Source: a virus
Lineage: Duplodnaviria; Caudoviricetes
Virus record (IMG/VR): IMGVR_UViG_3300013280_000005
Span: 1-64,000 of that record
Length of the DNA stretch: 64,000 nt
Strand: one strand, 5' to 3'
Shown here: one piece after another, positions 1-9,769 of the stretch
How positions within the stretch are numbered: position 1 is the first letter of the stretch
Layout: the number at the start of each line of letters is the position of its first letter
Notes under the pieces: generated by a model
What the model saw: only the letters and a program-made list of their open reading frames with translations
Told to the model about the DNA's origin: nothing
Database searches by the model: none
Program-made: the position numbers and the translations under genes

Positions 1-158
1 TTGAGCTTATTAAAGGTAGCTTGATCTATGAGTTTAGTGTCTAGAAACTTCTTCTTAGCAGAAGTCAACGATTCCTCTAGAACTTCAGTCAATATGGTCT
101 TGAGCTTCAGTGGCATTAATCCAACATCAACAGATTGAAGTATTGTCTGTATATTCAC
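1..158 (-). CDS. Partial CDS (5' end; runs off the window start), hypothetical protein with KLKTILTE leader
   Basis: Own reading: GGAG then GTG at 158 (or ATG at 116), open to the window edge: MPLKLKTILTEVLEESLTSAKKKFLD... Confidence 0.6.
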   Translation of the reverse strand, partial: MNIQTILQSVDVGLMPLKLKTILTEVLEESLTSAKKKFLDTKLIDQATFNKL

Positions 159-177
159 ATTGGTTCTCCGTAAACGC

Positions 178-211
178 AAAAAGTACGACGCACTAGATAG
201 TAACGCCGTAC
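178..211 (-). terminator. Probable intrinsic terminator
   Basis: Minus strand AGTACGGCG...CGTCGTACT stem (with a G-U pair) followed by a T-run, just after the 232..912 stop. Confidence 0.55.
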
Positions 212-231
212 TAATAAATATCTAGGAAAGT

Positions 232-912
232 TTACTTATTATACTGCTCAGAACGAACTTTATTTGATTCCCCCGCATCTAAGTCAGTATGATCATACTG
301 CATAATATCGGTGTCGGGAGTAACCCAACGTGGATTGCGCTCAGCAGTCCAAATTGTATTATTATACATACGTTTAATAACCAAGTCTTCCTTTACGACA
401 AAAGATGGATCGTGTAGACGTAATCGATTGTTTGGTTGAATAGCAAAGTTACCATTATCCATCGCAATCACATGCCCACATTTATGCATTGACGGATACT
501 CCGAAAACAAGAAGTCACTATCTCCAGAGTCAGTGCTAGCAGCCCAATCCAATGTGAACAAATATCTACCGCCATATTCAACTCTCCGACGTGACGTGAA
601 TGTCACATTTCTATTTTTCAAGTACGGAAACTGAGTAGCAGCGACATGATACGAAAACGAATCCCACAGTACAAGCTCATCTAATTCTTGTTGCGGAGCA
701 TCTTCTTTCCAACAAAAAGCATGAATCGGCATACGCCACCACAACCCACCATCTTCCATAGCAAAATGAAAGAGTGGTGCTTGTGCTGGTATAGATGACA
801 TTCCAAATATTAAACAAGGAAACTTTTCGCCGAAAGAATCTTTTTGGTCTCTAAGGAAGTTACCGCGAATATACGCATCAATAATTGGTATAGAAGTATT
901 CAAATATGCCAT
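232..912 (-). CDS. Conserved phage protein of unknown function
   Basis: MAYLNTSIP N-terminus, HKCGH and GNFAIQPNNR motifs resemble a widespread uncharacterised phage family. Confidence 0.65.
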   Translation of the reverse strand: MAYLNTSIPIIDAYIRGNFLRDQKDSFGEKFPCLIFGMSSIPAQAPLFHFAMEDGGLWWRMPIHAFCWKEDAPQQELDELVLWDSFSYHVAATQFPYLKNRNVTFTSRRRVEYGGRYLFTLDWAASTDSGDSDFLFSEYPSMHKCGHVIAMDNGNFAIQPNNRLRLHDPSFVVKEDLVIKRMYNNTIWTAERNPRWVTPDTDIMQYDHTDLDAGESNKVRSEQYNK

Positions 913-921
913 AATTCACCA

Positions 922-2289
922 CTAGTTACTTTCTTGTTTTAATAGTTGCAGACGTGAACGAATTGCACCTTTGGTTGCCTTCTCGTTACTCATGTCGTTT
1001 GATAGCGATTTACCAATACTAGAGTTAGGTTCAAAGACATCTATGTGTCCCGTAAAAGTATTCATGCGACTTGGAAATGTAATTCCATCGGGACCAAATC
1101 TATTCTTGATCACGTACCAACGAGCCGTCCCCCCAATCTTATCATTTGTCTTTCGAGCAATGGATACAATAAAATCGCAAATCATAATCTTGTTGAAAGA
1201 CTCTGCTACCTTATTCCCTTCAATAACATCCTCTTCAGTTGAAGAACGGTTTGCCTGTGAAGCAGTCCAGATAGGTATATCATAGACACCAGCAACACCT
1301 CGTAAATCTTCATAGATGTCATTCAACTCCAATCGCTTCTCACCCTTGGTAGCGGCTCTAAGATTATCAGCATAGTCAACTATTACAAGATCGGGCGGCT
1401 TCCCCTGGGCAATACATTTCTCCATGTGCGCCGTCAATGTCGAGACAGCAGCAGCCTTAGTTGGATAGTATTTCACAATCAACTCGCCAGGGAGGTTATC
1501 AATATACTCGCGTATTCTGTCACCGTGCAAATCTAGATTTAGTTCTCCAAACGGCACATTAATAAAATGAGCATCAAACCGTCGAGCGACGTAGTACTGA
1601 TTCAATTCAAGAGTGTAGTAGATAACTCGTTTACCCATCTTCAGTGCGGGTATTGCCATATTAACAAGAACCCATGACTTTGCACCACCAGCGGGGGCTA
1701 CCACTAGTCCTAACTCACCGTTGCCTAAACCATTACCCATTATATCATTCAAAACTGGCCACGGGGTCGGTATGACCCGTCGAGCACCTTCACTATACCG
1801 TGTAATTAAGTCGTCATATTCATGTCCAACATCTCTATCGCTACCAGCATTAAAAGCAGTAGTCATAGTTTTCAATATCTGATCATATCTACCACCTTGT
1901 AGTAAGTCTACTGACTCAAGTAATGCAGTCTTAATGCGTTGATTTTTACAAAACTCAATAACTGAATTCTTCACGTAGTCTAAGTCAGACGCCTCTCTAA
2001 ACGTTCGTACCTCTCGGAGAGACTCCCGAATTGCAGTTGTTAACGCTGCATCTGTCATATCAATCATTTCAGTCCTGAAGACGTCAGCGGTAGGTACGTT
2101 CTTATACTTTTCAAAATGCGTTAAAATTGTTTTTACAATCCACGTATTCGCCTGCGACTCGAAATAATCAGGCAATATCAGATCAAAGACTTGTTGAAGA
2201 AACGCACGATCAAACAGAAGTGCAGATATAACTTTTAATTGAAATGATCTACCATATTGCGCAAGAGTATCCACTGCCGTATCAGCCAT
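922..2289 (-). CDS. DnaB-like replicative helicase (T4 gp41-like)
   Basis: Walker A-like APAGGAKS, YYTLEL, LVIVDYAD, WTASQANR, KNRFG: SF4 helicase motifs. Confidence 0.93.
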   Translation of the reverse strand: MADTAVDTLAQYGRSFQLKVISALLFDRAFLQQVFDLILPDYFESQANTWIVKTILTHFEKYKNVPTADVFRTEMIDMTDAALTTAIRESLREVRTFREASDLDYVKNSVIEFCKNQRIKTALLESVDLLQGGRYDQILKTMTTAFNAGSDRDVGHEYDDLITRYSEGARRVIPTPWPVLNDIMGNGLGNGELGLVVAPAGGAKSWVLVNMAIPALKMGKRVIYYTLELNQYYVARRFDAHFINVPFGELNLDLHGDRIREYIDNLPGELIVKYYPTKAAAVSTLTAHMEKCIAQGKPPDLVIVDYADNLRAATKGEKRLELNDIYEDLRGVAGVYDIPIWTASQANRSSTEEDVIEGNKVAESFNKIMICDFIVSIARKTNDKIGGTARWYVIKNRFGPDGITFPSRMNTFTGHIDVFEPNSSIGKSLSNDMSNEKATKGAIRSRLQLLKQESN

Positions 2290-2296
2290 ATCAATA

Positions 2297-3346
2297 TCAA
2301 CCTTTCTTGTTTCTAAATGCCTCTAGCTGCGAAAAATTATGTCCTAGCCACCACTCGGCACGAGTAAATACATTATGAACTTTATCTTCTTGTATCATAC
2401 GTAGCAAACCAACTTTGTTAAGTTGCGGTATGTCCCCCTCAACGATTGCTCTAATCATTGACTTGGCAGTACCCGATATATCGACGTCAATGAGTTGGAC
2501 GAGCTTGTAGTTCAACTCTAGCTGAGATATGTTCTCCTGTAGAGCCACCATTGCCTTCGTCTTACCGTCATAGTCTTTAATCTTTTCCAAGATACTATCA
2601 AACTCAACTGACTCAGTATTAGACAACTCTGGAAATTGTTTCATTATCGTCTTCTCCCCAAAACCACGTATCCCAGGTATACCGTCACTATTATCTCCTA
2701 GCAATGCTTTGAATATCACGAAGTTACTAGCATGAATGTTATACTCCTGCAACAACGTAGATGGGGTGTATAACTTCTTCTTTATAGGAGAGTACACCGA
2801 CACAGTATTGGAAACTAGCTGTAGGAAATCTTTATCATTCGAGAGTATGGTAACCGACTCGTCAAAATAGTTCGCTAGATATGCTATTACGTCATCAGCT
2901 TCAACGTTGTCAATGATAATTGTAGTTATCGGTAACTCTTGTAGATAATGATATGTGCGTAGCAATTGATACTTCAATGCATTCTGCTCATCTACCAAGT
3001 CATCAAAACCAACTGCACGATTTAGCCGAGACTTCATTGCTCTATTATTTTTGTAGTCAGGAAATAGAGCACGTCTTCTAGTAGACCCGCCCTTCCCATC
3101 AAATACTACAATCGCTCTCGTAGGATTTATCATCTTTATTGTGGATGCCAGTGACTGAAAGAAACCGACTAGACCACCCACGTGAATTCCATCACCATTC
3201 ATCGTCGGTATGGCTGAGAACGTTCGGATAAACAAGTTCATACCATCTACGATGAGAACTTTGCTGTCTCTCGTGTATGAGACACTATCTTCCTTCTCCT
3301 TACCCACCTCCGCCATAATGTCTTTATACTTCTGCTTAAAACTCAT
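2297..3346 (-). CDS. 5'-3' exonuclease / flap endonuclease (T4 RNase H / PolA N-terminal-like)
   Basis: IVDGMN, VVFDG, YKNNR, EADDVIA, SNDKDFLQL, GDNSDGIPGIRGFGEKT; start moved to ATG 3346. Confidence 0.93.
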   Translation of the reverse strand: MSFKQKYKDIMAEVGKEKEDSVSYTRDSKVLIVDGMNLFIRTFSAIPTMNGDGIHVGGLVGFFQSLASTIKMINPTRAIVVFDGKGGSTRRRALFPDYKNNRAMKSRLNRAVGFDDLVDEQNALKYQLLRTYHYLQELPITTIIIDNVEADDVIAYLANYFDESVTILSNDKDFLQLVSNTVSVYSPIKKKLYTPSTLLQEYNIHASNFVIFKALLGDNSDGIPGIRGFGEKTIMKQFPELSNTESVEFDSILEKIKDYDGKTKAMVALQENISQLELNYKLVQLIDVDISGTAKSMIRAIVEGDIPQLNKVGLLRMIQEDKVHNVFTRAEWWLGHNFSQLEAFRNKKG

Positions 3347-3363
3347 TATCGCCACACTGTTTA

Positions 3364-3406
3364 TGAAAGAGTATACAATATACACAAATGATTTCACATA
3401 GCCAAA
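3364..3406 (-). promoter_or_regulatory. Possible Bacteroidota-type housekeeping promoter
   Basis: Minus strand TTTG-N20-TATATTG resembles the -33 TTTG / -7 TAnnTTTG consensus. Confidence 0.35.
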
Positions 3407-3417
3407 TGGATTAGACT

Positions 3418-3450
3418 AAAAAATGTGGGAGACGATGCCTCCCACATTTT
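3418..3450 (-). terminator. Intrinsic terminator after uvsX
   Basis: AAAATGTGGGAG-loop-CTCCCACATTTT inverted repeat with A/T tails. Confidence 0.8.
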
Positions 3451-3456
3451 CACTTG

Positions 3457-4599
3457 TTACTCATCTATGACGTCGTCTTCTTCAACCGATACATCATCTA
3501 GCCTAGGCGCATCTAGCGTCCTATAGATCATAATAACCTTGTCGGCTATCTCATCGTATAGAGCCTCTTTGTTCACGGGGTTATTCATTATCTTCTCAAC
3601 AAAATCCTTAGACTGAAACTTGATCAGTTCACCAGTTTGTTTGTTGACCCACGAATACCATGCACCCGACAACGTAGCTATACCATAGTCCTTCATAGGG
3701 CGTAACCAGTCTGAATATGTATCAATGCCTGAATTGTAGTAGACATCAATCTCACATTCTCGATTTGGCGGCCCCATCTTGTTCTTAAAAACTTTTACTT
3801 TAACTTTCTTACCGATCTCAATCTTCTTACCATGAGTTTCTTCCGTCAATGAACCAACAGTTGTTAGACGTAGGCGCACGGAAGAATGGAAAGGTATTGC
3901 TTTACCACCTGGGGTGGTATATGGATCGGAGAAAGCTGGAGCATTGAGTTTTGTACGAAGTTGATTTGTAAACACTAGGCATATACGTTCACGACCAATC
4001 ATATTGGTAATCTTACGCATTGCCTTACTAATAATGATAGCTTTAGCAGTAGCATAGCCGTCCTTATCAAAGTCAGCGGCTAGCTCAGTCTTTGTAGTCG
4101 CCCCCGCGATAGAATCAACTACAATAGTAACAAGTCGATCTTTATCAGAAACTCTAACTTTCTCAATGATGTTCTCAATTGCTTCAAAGATGTCTTCAAT
4201 CGTCTCTAGTGGAACGTATAGCATCTTAGAGGTATCCACCCCAATTGATGTCATAAAATCTATGGAGGCGGCGTTTTCAGTATCAATGAAGACAGCGAAC
4301 CCGCCAGACTTTTGAGTATTAGCTAGGATATGGGCGGCAATAAGTGACTTGCCGCTCTGTTCTAATCCTGTAATTTCAACTACTCGGCCAACTGGTATGC
4401 CCCCATGTTTACGATTTGAAATCGCAAGGTCCAGAATATCCGAACCAGTTGATACCCACTCATGAACTATAGTAGGCGCGTCATCATCACCTTGAAGAAA
4501 GTATGCAGTCTTTAAACTTGAAGCCTTAAACTTCTTGTTTAAGTTGTCTGCAATAACTTGGCCTAGTTCATCTTCTAAACTACTTTTTGTCTTAGACAT
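3457..4599 (-). CDS. uvsX: RecA/UvsX recombinase
   Basis: STGSDILD, GRVVEITGLEQSGKS, FIDTE, IVVDSIA, FTNQLR, TPGGKA, KNK motifs. Confidence 0.95.
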   Translation of the reverse strand: MSKTKSSLEDELGQVIADNLNKKFKASSLKTAYFLQGDDDAPTIVHEWVSTGSDILDLAISNRKHGGIPVGRVVEITGLEQSGKSLIAAHILANTQKSGGFAVFIDTENAASIDFMTSIGVDTSKMLYVPLETIEDIFEAIENIIEKVRVSDKDRLVTIVVDSIAGATTKTELAADFDKDGYATAKAIIISKAMRKITNMIGRERICLVFTNQLRTKLNAPAFSDPYTTPGGKAIPFHSSVRLRLTTVGSLTEETHGKKIEIGKKVKVKVFKNKMGPPNRECEIDVYYNSGIDTYSDWLRPMKDYGIATLSGAWYSWVNKQTGELIKFQSKDFVEKIMNNPVNKEALYDEIADKVIMIYRTLDAPRLDDVSVEEDDVIDE

Positions 4600-4617
4600 A
4601 TATTATCTCGCAACAAA

Positions 4618-5460
4618 TTAATTATCGCCGTTCGCACCAAAGAGAGCATCAAACTCATCTTTGTATGCTTCACTTTGCGCAACGGTCTTTGTTGTCTTCG
4701 CTGTCTTAGTTGGTGTCGCAACCTCTTCATCATCGTCATCGACATTGCTCTTACTAGCTTTCGATGACGTTGAAGTCTCACTAGAATCATCATCAACACC
4801 ACCATCATCCAATGAGTTTGCATAATCTTGAAGTAATTGCTCTAACTCATCATATGTTGGCTCAGGATATAGCTCACTAATCTCTGGTTGGTTCTTAATA
4901 GTTTCTAGTACATCAGAATCATCCGACACAGGAGTCTGACGTGGTTTTACAACAATCTCAGTCTCTGTGTAATTCTTACCCGTCTCTTCAGGGGACTTGA
5001 TAATTACCGTGATGTCCCGACCTTCTTTGATGTCTGTAATATCTCCGAAATCTGGATCGGTTAGCGTCATAAGAAGTCGTTCATAAATCTTCGCGCCGAA
5101 GCCCCAGAACTTAATACCTTCATTTTCTTTACCGCGAACAATGATTGGTGCATATGTACGCATCTTAGGTTGCAGCTTCTTACTCAGAAGCCAATCTTCT
5201 TTCTCACCAGTCTGCTTTAGCTTGTCTGCAAATTCAACGATCGGATCGGGTCTCCCAAACGTTGCAGGGGAGAGGATTGTTCTCTTATTGAAGTTGTAAT
5301 GAAACAACAATTCAATAAATGGTGACTCTGGATTATGAACGTACGGAACAATCCGAATTGTGTACGTTCCAGGCTTTGGCTTCCAAACGTGATTATTACG
5401 ATTAGAAGAATTTTTCAATGAGGTCAAACGCCCCTTGAGCTTTTCAAGGTTGATACCCAT
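4618..5460 (-). CDS. Single-stranded DNA-binding protein (gp32-like)
   Basis: WKP...IRIVP, DFGDITDIKEGRDI, acidic C-terminal tail; GGAG before ATG 5460; next to uvsX. Confidence 0.85.
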   Translation of the reverse strand: MGINLEKLKGRLTSLKNSSNRNNHVWKPKPGTYTIRIVPYVHNPESPFIELLFHYNFNKRTILSPATFGRPDPIVEFADKLKQTGEKEDWLLSKKLQPKMRTYAPIIVRGKENEGIKFWGFGAKIYERLLMTLTDPDFGDITDIKEGRDITVIIKSPEETGKNYTETEIVVKPRQTPVSDDSDVLETIKNQPEISELYPEPTYDELEQLLQDYANSLDDGGVDDDSSETSTSSKASKSNVDDDDEEVATPTKTAKTTKTVAQSEAYKDEFDALFGANGDN

Positions 5461-5519
5461 ATAACACTCCACAAATAATGATTAACGATTAACGACCAAC
5501 TATCAATTGATCAACACTA

Positions 5520-5551
5520 CAAGTCTACGGAATTTTTAGCAAACTACCAAA
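5520..5551 (-). promoter_or_regulatory. Possible Bacteroidota-type promoter for the replication operon
   Basis: Minus strand TTTG-gtagtttgctaaaaattccg(20 nt)-TAGACTTG. Confidence 0.45.
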
Positions 5552-5581
5552 TAATTTTTGTCAACTATCAATTTTTTTCGT

Positions 5582-6658
5582 TTAATTTAGTTGGAACAAG
5601 ACTTCACCGAGCTGTTCCTCATCTATACCTTTGTACTTAAATGTCAAGACGTCATTCGCCTTACGATACTGAATTGGGAAGATTACCTTCTTCATAATAA
5701 GCTCATCAACCTTACGGATTATAGTTGGTTCGGAGACAACTATTACCATCTTCTTAGTATCAATTACTATGCCATTCGGTAACGTTATTACACCACGAAC
5801 CTCGGTTGATAACTCTCTCCACTTAAACTCACCGTCCATCGTAAACTCTCGAAGAGTTCTAGTTAACTCTTCACGTATCAGACGATCTAACGCTATTGAA
5901 ACGCGCTTAGATTCATCAGTCTTCTCAGAACTTTTCGGAACTTCTTCATCCTTCTCGTTAGCAGTAGGCTCTTTCTTCATTGGCTTTACAACTGGCTTCT
6001 CCACCGTAGGCTCTTCCTTTGGCTTCTCCTTCGGAACGGGCTTCTTTTCAACAGGGGCAGACTTCTCCTTAGACGGCGGCTTCTCTGAAGGTTCTTCCTT
6101 AGATTCAGGCGGAGTCTCCGCCGTAGAATCATCAGGAGTCTTCTCCGGTGTCTCTTCCGGCTTCTCTTCGGGAACTTCAATGTTGGTTGAACCTTCAATG
6201 CTCTTGTTAAGGGCAGTAACTACCGCAAGTGCTGGAGTCTTCAGCGCAGCCGTTAACTTCATGAACAATTCACGATCCGCCTCAGTTAACTTAGACTGGA
6301 TGTTTCGCCCTGCACGAGAAAGTAGTCGGATGACCTCCTTCTCACGCGCAGCAGACGCATCCTCGTCAGTAATCTCTTTGTTCTTCAACTTATTAACTGC
6401 GCTATACATTGAGTTTAACACTGTATTACCAGAGAATCTAGCAGACAGAGATTTCAGTTGCTCTGAGTTCTCAGAGAAGATGGGAGTTCTACTGACGCTC
6501 TTCATCCACTTCATAATAGTTTGAGCACCAGCTTCTGGGAAGAGAACGATTAACGATCCTGGCTTGTTTTCAAGTAACGTACCAAGTTCAACGAACACTA
6601 TACTCTTTATGCTTTCAGCAATTGAAGTACCAATCTCTTCACGAAGTTGCTTTCTCAT
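5582..6658 (-). CDS. Hypothetical protein with Glu/Lys/Pro-rich linker; possible internal head protein
   Basis: 358-aa ORF with QLREE, LIREE, TLRE motifs. Confidence 0.7.
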   Translation of the reverse strand: MRKQLREEIGTSIAESIKSIVFVELGTLLENKPGSLIVLFPEAGAQTIMKWMKSVSRTPIFSENSEQLKSLSARFSGNTVLNSMYSAVNKLKNKEITDEDASAAREKEVIRLLSRAGRNIQSKLTEADRELFMKLTAALKTPALAVVTALNKSIEGSTNIEVPEEKPEETPEKTPDDSTAETPPESKEEPSEKPPSKEKSAPVEKKPVPKEKPKEEPTVEKPVVKPMKKEPTANEKDEEVPKSSEKTDESKRVSIALDRLIREELTRTLREFTMDGEFKWRELSTEVRGVITLPNGIVIDTKKMVIVVSEPTIIRKVDELIMKKVIFPIQYRKANDVLTFKYKGIDEEQLGEVLFQLN

Positions 6659-6659
6659 G

Positions 6660-7013
6660 TTATGGCACCAATGTTATGTTTTTTGAAGACTGATTATAGT
6701 ATAGGCTCACACTAGTTTCCTTATTAAAGAAGTGTAGCTTCTTTCCAATAGGTTTCTTGTACTCGTATCCTAAATCCTTCAGTGCTTTCACTGTCTGAGC
6801 TTCAGGGTACATGCTCGTCTGAATAGTGCTATTTTCGCCCATTGTGATACGATTTAAGACAGTCTTTATCTCAGAGAAGATAATTTCCGCCCCAGAACCC
6901 TCGTCTAATACCGATGACCGTCTAAAATCACGCCACCGCTCTAGCAAAGAATCTGCCTCTCGAATAATCCTATCAGTTATAGTGTCTTTGACCGTTTTCA
7001 TGTGCATTCTCAT
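6660..7013 (-). CDS. Hypothetical protein
   Basis: ORF tightly coupled to the next gene, downstream of the motif at 7030. Confidence 0.65.
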   Translation of the reverse strand: MRMHMKTVKDTITDRIIREADSLLERWRDFRRSSVLDEGSGAEIIFSEIKTVLNRITMGENSTIQTSMYPEAQTVKALKDLGYEYKKPIGKKLHFFNKETSVSLYYNQSSKNITLVP

Positions 7014-7029
7014 CTAGTCTGAATATGTC

Positions 7030-7037
7030 TATAAATA
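7030..7037 (-). promoter_or_regulatory. Late-promoter-like motif (TATTTATA on the coding strand)
   Basis: Recurrent intergenic motif, see findings. Confidence 0.65.
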
Positions 7038-7063
7038 TCTGGCAACTGTGAATTTTGCACCCA

Positions 7064-7462
7064 TTAACGCGATGGAAGCTGTATGACTTCCGCTGTCTTT
7101 AGTCTAAGTTTATGAAATCCATCGGGGCGTTTAAGTAACAAAATATCCCTAAAACGTTCCCAATCAATCTGAAACGATCTGTCTAATACTCCATTATTCA
7201 GGGCGCGAATAAGCTCATTCAACGCGTTTATAGTGTAGATGGTGTTGGTCTCGCGTTTGCGATGCACCATTATGGAGTTTGGCAGAAATACCTTCCGCTC
7301 ATTCATTTGAATGTTGTATGAAACTATAATTTCAGACGGGAGATCAACACTAGTCAATACAAATATTTTATCATTTGGAACTATGAACTTGTGCGAAATA
7401 GCTTCAGTAATCGCCTTCAGTTCGTTCTTCTTAATGAATGTGCATAATAGTTGAGTGCGCAA
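7064..7462 (-). CDS. Conserved hypothetical phage protein
   Basis: TQLLCTF...HRKRETNTIYTINALNELI; probable TTG start at 7462 removes the overlap with the upstream gene. Confidence 0.7.
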   Translation of the reverse strand: MRTQLLCTFIKKNELKAITEAISHKFIVPNDKIFVLTSVDLPSEIIVSYNIQMNERKVFLPNSIMVHRKRETNTIYTINALNELIRALNNGVLDRSFQIDWERFRDILLLKRPDGFHKLRLKTAEVIQLPSR

Positions 7463-7472
7463 TACCTTTCTC

Positions 7473-9710
7473 TCAGTTGTTAGTAGTTTGTTTTGGATTA
7501 ATCTGTTGACGAATACCAGTCGTCTCAATGCCAAGTTCCGCGTTTGTCTGCGCTATCCTCTTTGCAAAGACTGGGTGTAGTTTAAGCTCCAACGCAGGGG
7601 CGGTGTCGTAACCTTGTCCCTTAGCTCTAACATAAATCTTAGAGATAGGCAACGCCTCTGATTTATTTGATGCCACATACATAAGTTCATAGAAACCACG
7701 TTCATTCGTACGAACGACTAAGTTAGCCTTCAAATCTTCGTAAGACTTTACCTTAAACAAGTGTTCAAGTACATCCTTAAATACTGGAATAGAACCTATA
7801 TCAGCGTGAGAAGTCTCGTTAAATAGAGAGCGAAGCGGAAAGGCCTCGTCAATCTTCTCCATTAATCCGTCGCGTAGTTGCTTATCCCGCACAATCTCAG
7901 CTAAGTAATTTTTAGCAAAGTCACCGATGAGTGCATAATGAGAATCAAGTTTTCGACGAAGGTTACCGTTGCCAGAGCTAGCAAAATACTCAGACATCAA
8001 CATGATAGCCTTTAGATATGTTCGACTTGATGCACGTCTACTTGATGACGACAATAAAGCCTTCTTGAACTCTTCACTCTTCGCAGGAGCGACCGCTAGT
8101 GTCTTCAATGCGGTTGTTAGGAGTTCTTTATCAGATGCATTTTCACCAACGGTCATAGTAACAAATTTTTCATCTATCTTAGGTGCTACTCGTTTTCCAG
8201 CATTTCTCGGTACGAATGTCTCAAGATCATTGGCGATATTCATGGCGGATAACGTTAACTGATCGCTATACGTGCGAGGATTTATGCCAGGAATTTTCTC
8301 AAGTGCGTCATACTCTATCTCTTTTACTCGATAGACCGCCTCGGCTCTCTGCGCAGAATCCATCTCAGTATGCTCAAGTTTATAGTACAAATCCTTATAT
8401 TCTTGCTGTACTTTCTGAGATAGCTTCTTTACCGCAAAGGTAGCAACCTCATACACTGAAGAAGTTAAAAGAAACACATCATTATCTTTCTTCAGAGAAT
8501 CTTCAAGTATATACTCTCGTCCATCAGCTTTAATCCTAAAGAACACGTCGGTTGGTGTCTTACGAATTTTTTTATAGTCAACTATACCAAGTGCAATAGC
8601 GTCCGCTTCGTTGTCCCACGCCACTTGAACTATGTCATATCCAGACTTATGGGTGTATCTTAATCTAGCATGTAATGATTCTGCCTGATTGTACGCGGCA
8701 GATACCCAACTCTTGTCAATAATAAATTTGACCTTAGATTTCTTTACAACCGTGTCAATGTATTCAACGATCGTATCGTGCAACTCCTTACGCTTGCTAG
8801 CATCCATCTCCATCGCAAACGCCATCATGAGAACTTCAGCAGATTGAGATGATATACTACCCATACCAGCACCATTAAAGAACAACGATACGGGTGGCTC
8901 AAAATCATTGTACTTATTAACTCTGAAAACTCTTTCAAGAAATTTAAGATATTTCTTTGGAAATTTCTTAGATATTTTTTCAGTAAATGATAAATCCGAT
9001 TTGAATCTTTTATACTTCTTCGTGTTGTCAATAAGTTTATCAAATTCAGCGTCACTTATGTGAGGTTCACTCTTAAAATGATCTATATTCATATTACCAA
9101 CTGTAATTTCCATTGCAACGTTGTCTTCAGTAGTTACTGGATATGCCGCTATAAGTTTAGGCTTAACCTTCGGTGGTAATCTAGCCTCTTTAGCCTTCTT
9201 AGCTTTCTCCTTCTCTGCCTTCTCTTCCTTCTCCTCCTCTTTCTTAGCACCACCAGAAATCATGGATGCAAGGCCACCGCCTCCACCAGAAGAATCTTTC
9301 TCAGATGATGAAGAATCTTTCTTGTCTTTTTTATCTCCCTTTCCCGAACTAGGTGCTGACGAAGACTTCTTCTTACTAGACTTCTTCTTTTTTCGTGGCT
9401 TTAACTTCCTAGGCACAGCCGTATGCGTACCAGCCTTTATTGCATCATCACGATTTTCTTTGCTCTTGAAGTATACAGTCTTCCCCGTCTCAGATGAAAC
9501 CGCCGGAAAAGACTTCGGTTGCTCCTCTACTAACAAATTACTAGTTTCTCCTAACATAGCTTCAATGAGATATGTCGCGTCTTCAGGAGGCATTGATTCG
9601 GATACTAAAGAAAATAACAAACTCAAATGCTCTTGATTGTTAAGATCAATTATACCCGAGGGAATTTTCCTAGATAACTCTGCTAATATGTCATCAAACA
9701 CTGTTTTCAC
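7473..9710 (-). CDS. Large hypothetical protein
   Basis: ~745-aa ORF, AGGAG before GTG 9710, Lys/Ser-rich linker. Confidence 0.75.
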   Translation of the reverse strand: MKTVFDDILAELSRKIPSGIIDLNNQEHLSLLFSLVSESMPPEDATYLIEAMLGETSNLLVEEQPKSFPAVSSETGKTVYFKSKENRDDAIKAGTHTAVPRKLKPRKKKKSSKKKSSSAPSSGKGDKKDKKDSSSSEKDSSGGGGGLASMISGGAKKEEEKEEKAEKEKAKKAKEARLPPKVKPKLIAAYPVTTEDNVAMEITVGNMNIDHFKSEPHISDAEFDKLIDNTKKYKRFKSDLSFTEKISKKFPKKYLKFLERVFRVNKYNDFEPPVSLFFNGAGMGSISSQSAEVLMMAFAMEMDASKRKELHDTIVEYIDTVVKKSKVKFIIDKSWVSAAYNQAESLHARLRYTHKSGYDIVQVAWDNEADAIALGIVDYKKIRKTPTDVFFRIKADGREYILEDSLKKDNDVFLLTSSVYEVATFAVKKLSQKVQQEYKDLYYKLEHTEMDSAQRAEAVYRVKEIEYDALEKIPGINPRTYSDQLTLSAMNIANDLETFVPRNAGKRVAPKIDEKFVTMTVGENASDKELLTTALKTLAVAPAKSEEFKKALLSSSSRRASSRTYLKAIMLMSEYFASSGNGNLRRKLDSHYALIGDFAKNYLAEIVRDKQLRDGLMEKIDEAFPLRSLFNETSHADIGSIPVFKDVLEHLFKVKSYEDLKANLVVRTNERGFYELMYVASNKSEALPISKIYVRAKGQGYDTAPALELKLHPVFAKRIAQTNAELGIETTGIRQQINPKQTTNN

Positions 9711-9735
9711 AAACACTCCTATCCGTATACTTGCC

Positions 9736-9743
9736 TATAAATA
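9736..9743 (-). promoter_or_regulatory. Late-promoter-like motif
   Basis: TATTTATA on the coding strand 26 nt before the start. Confidence 0.65.
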
Positions 9744-9769
9744 TCATACTGAATACCTTATAGCACTCG

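Noticed and set aside
5478-5516. Short repeats (attaacg attaacg accaac) upstream of the SSB gene, reminiscent of a gp32 autoregulatory leader
   Set aside because: Too short and low-complexity to support a call from sequence alone
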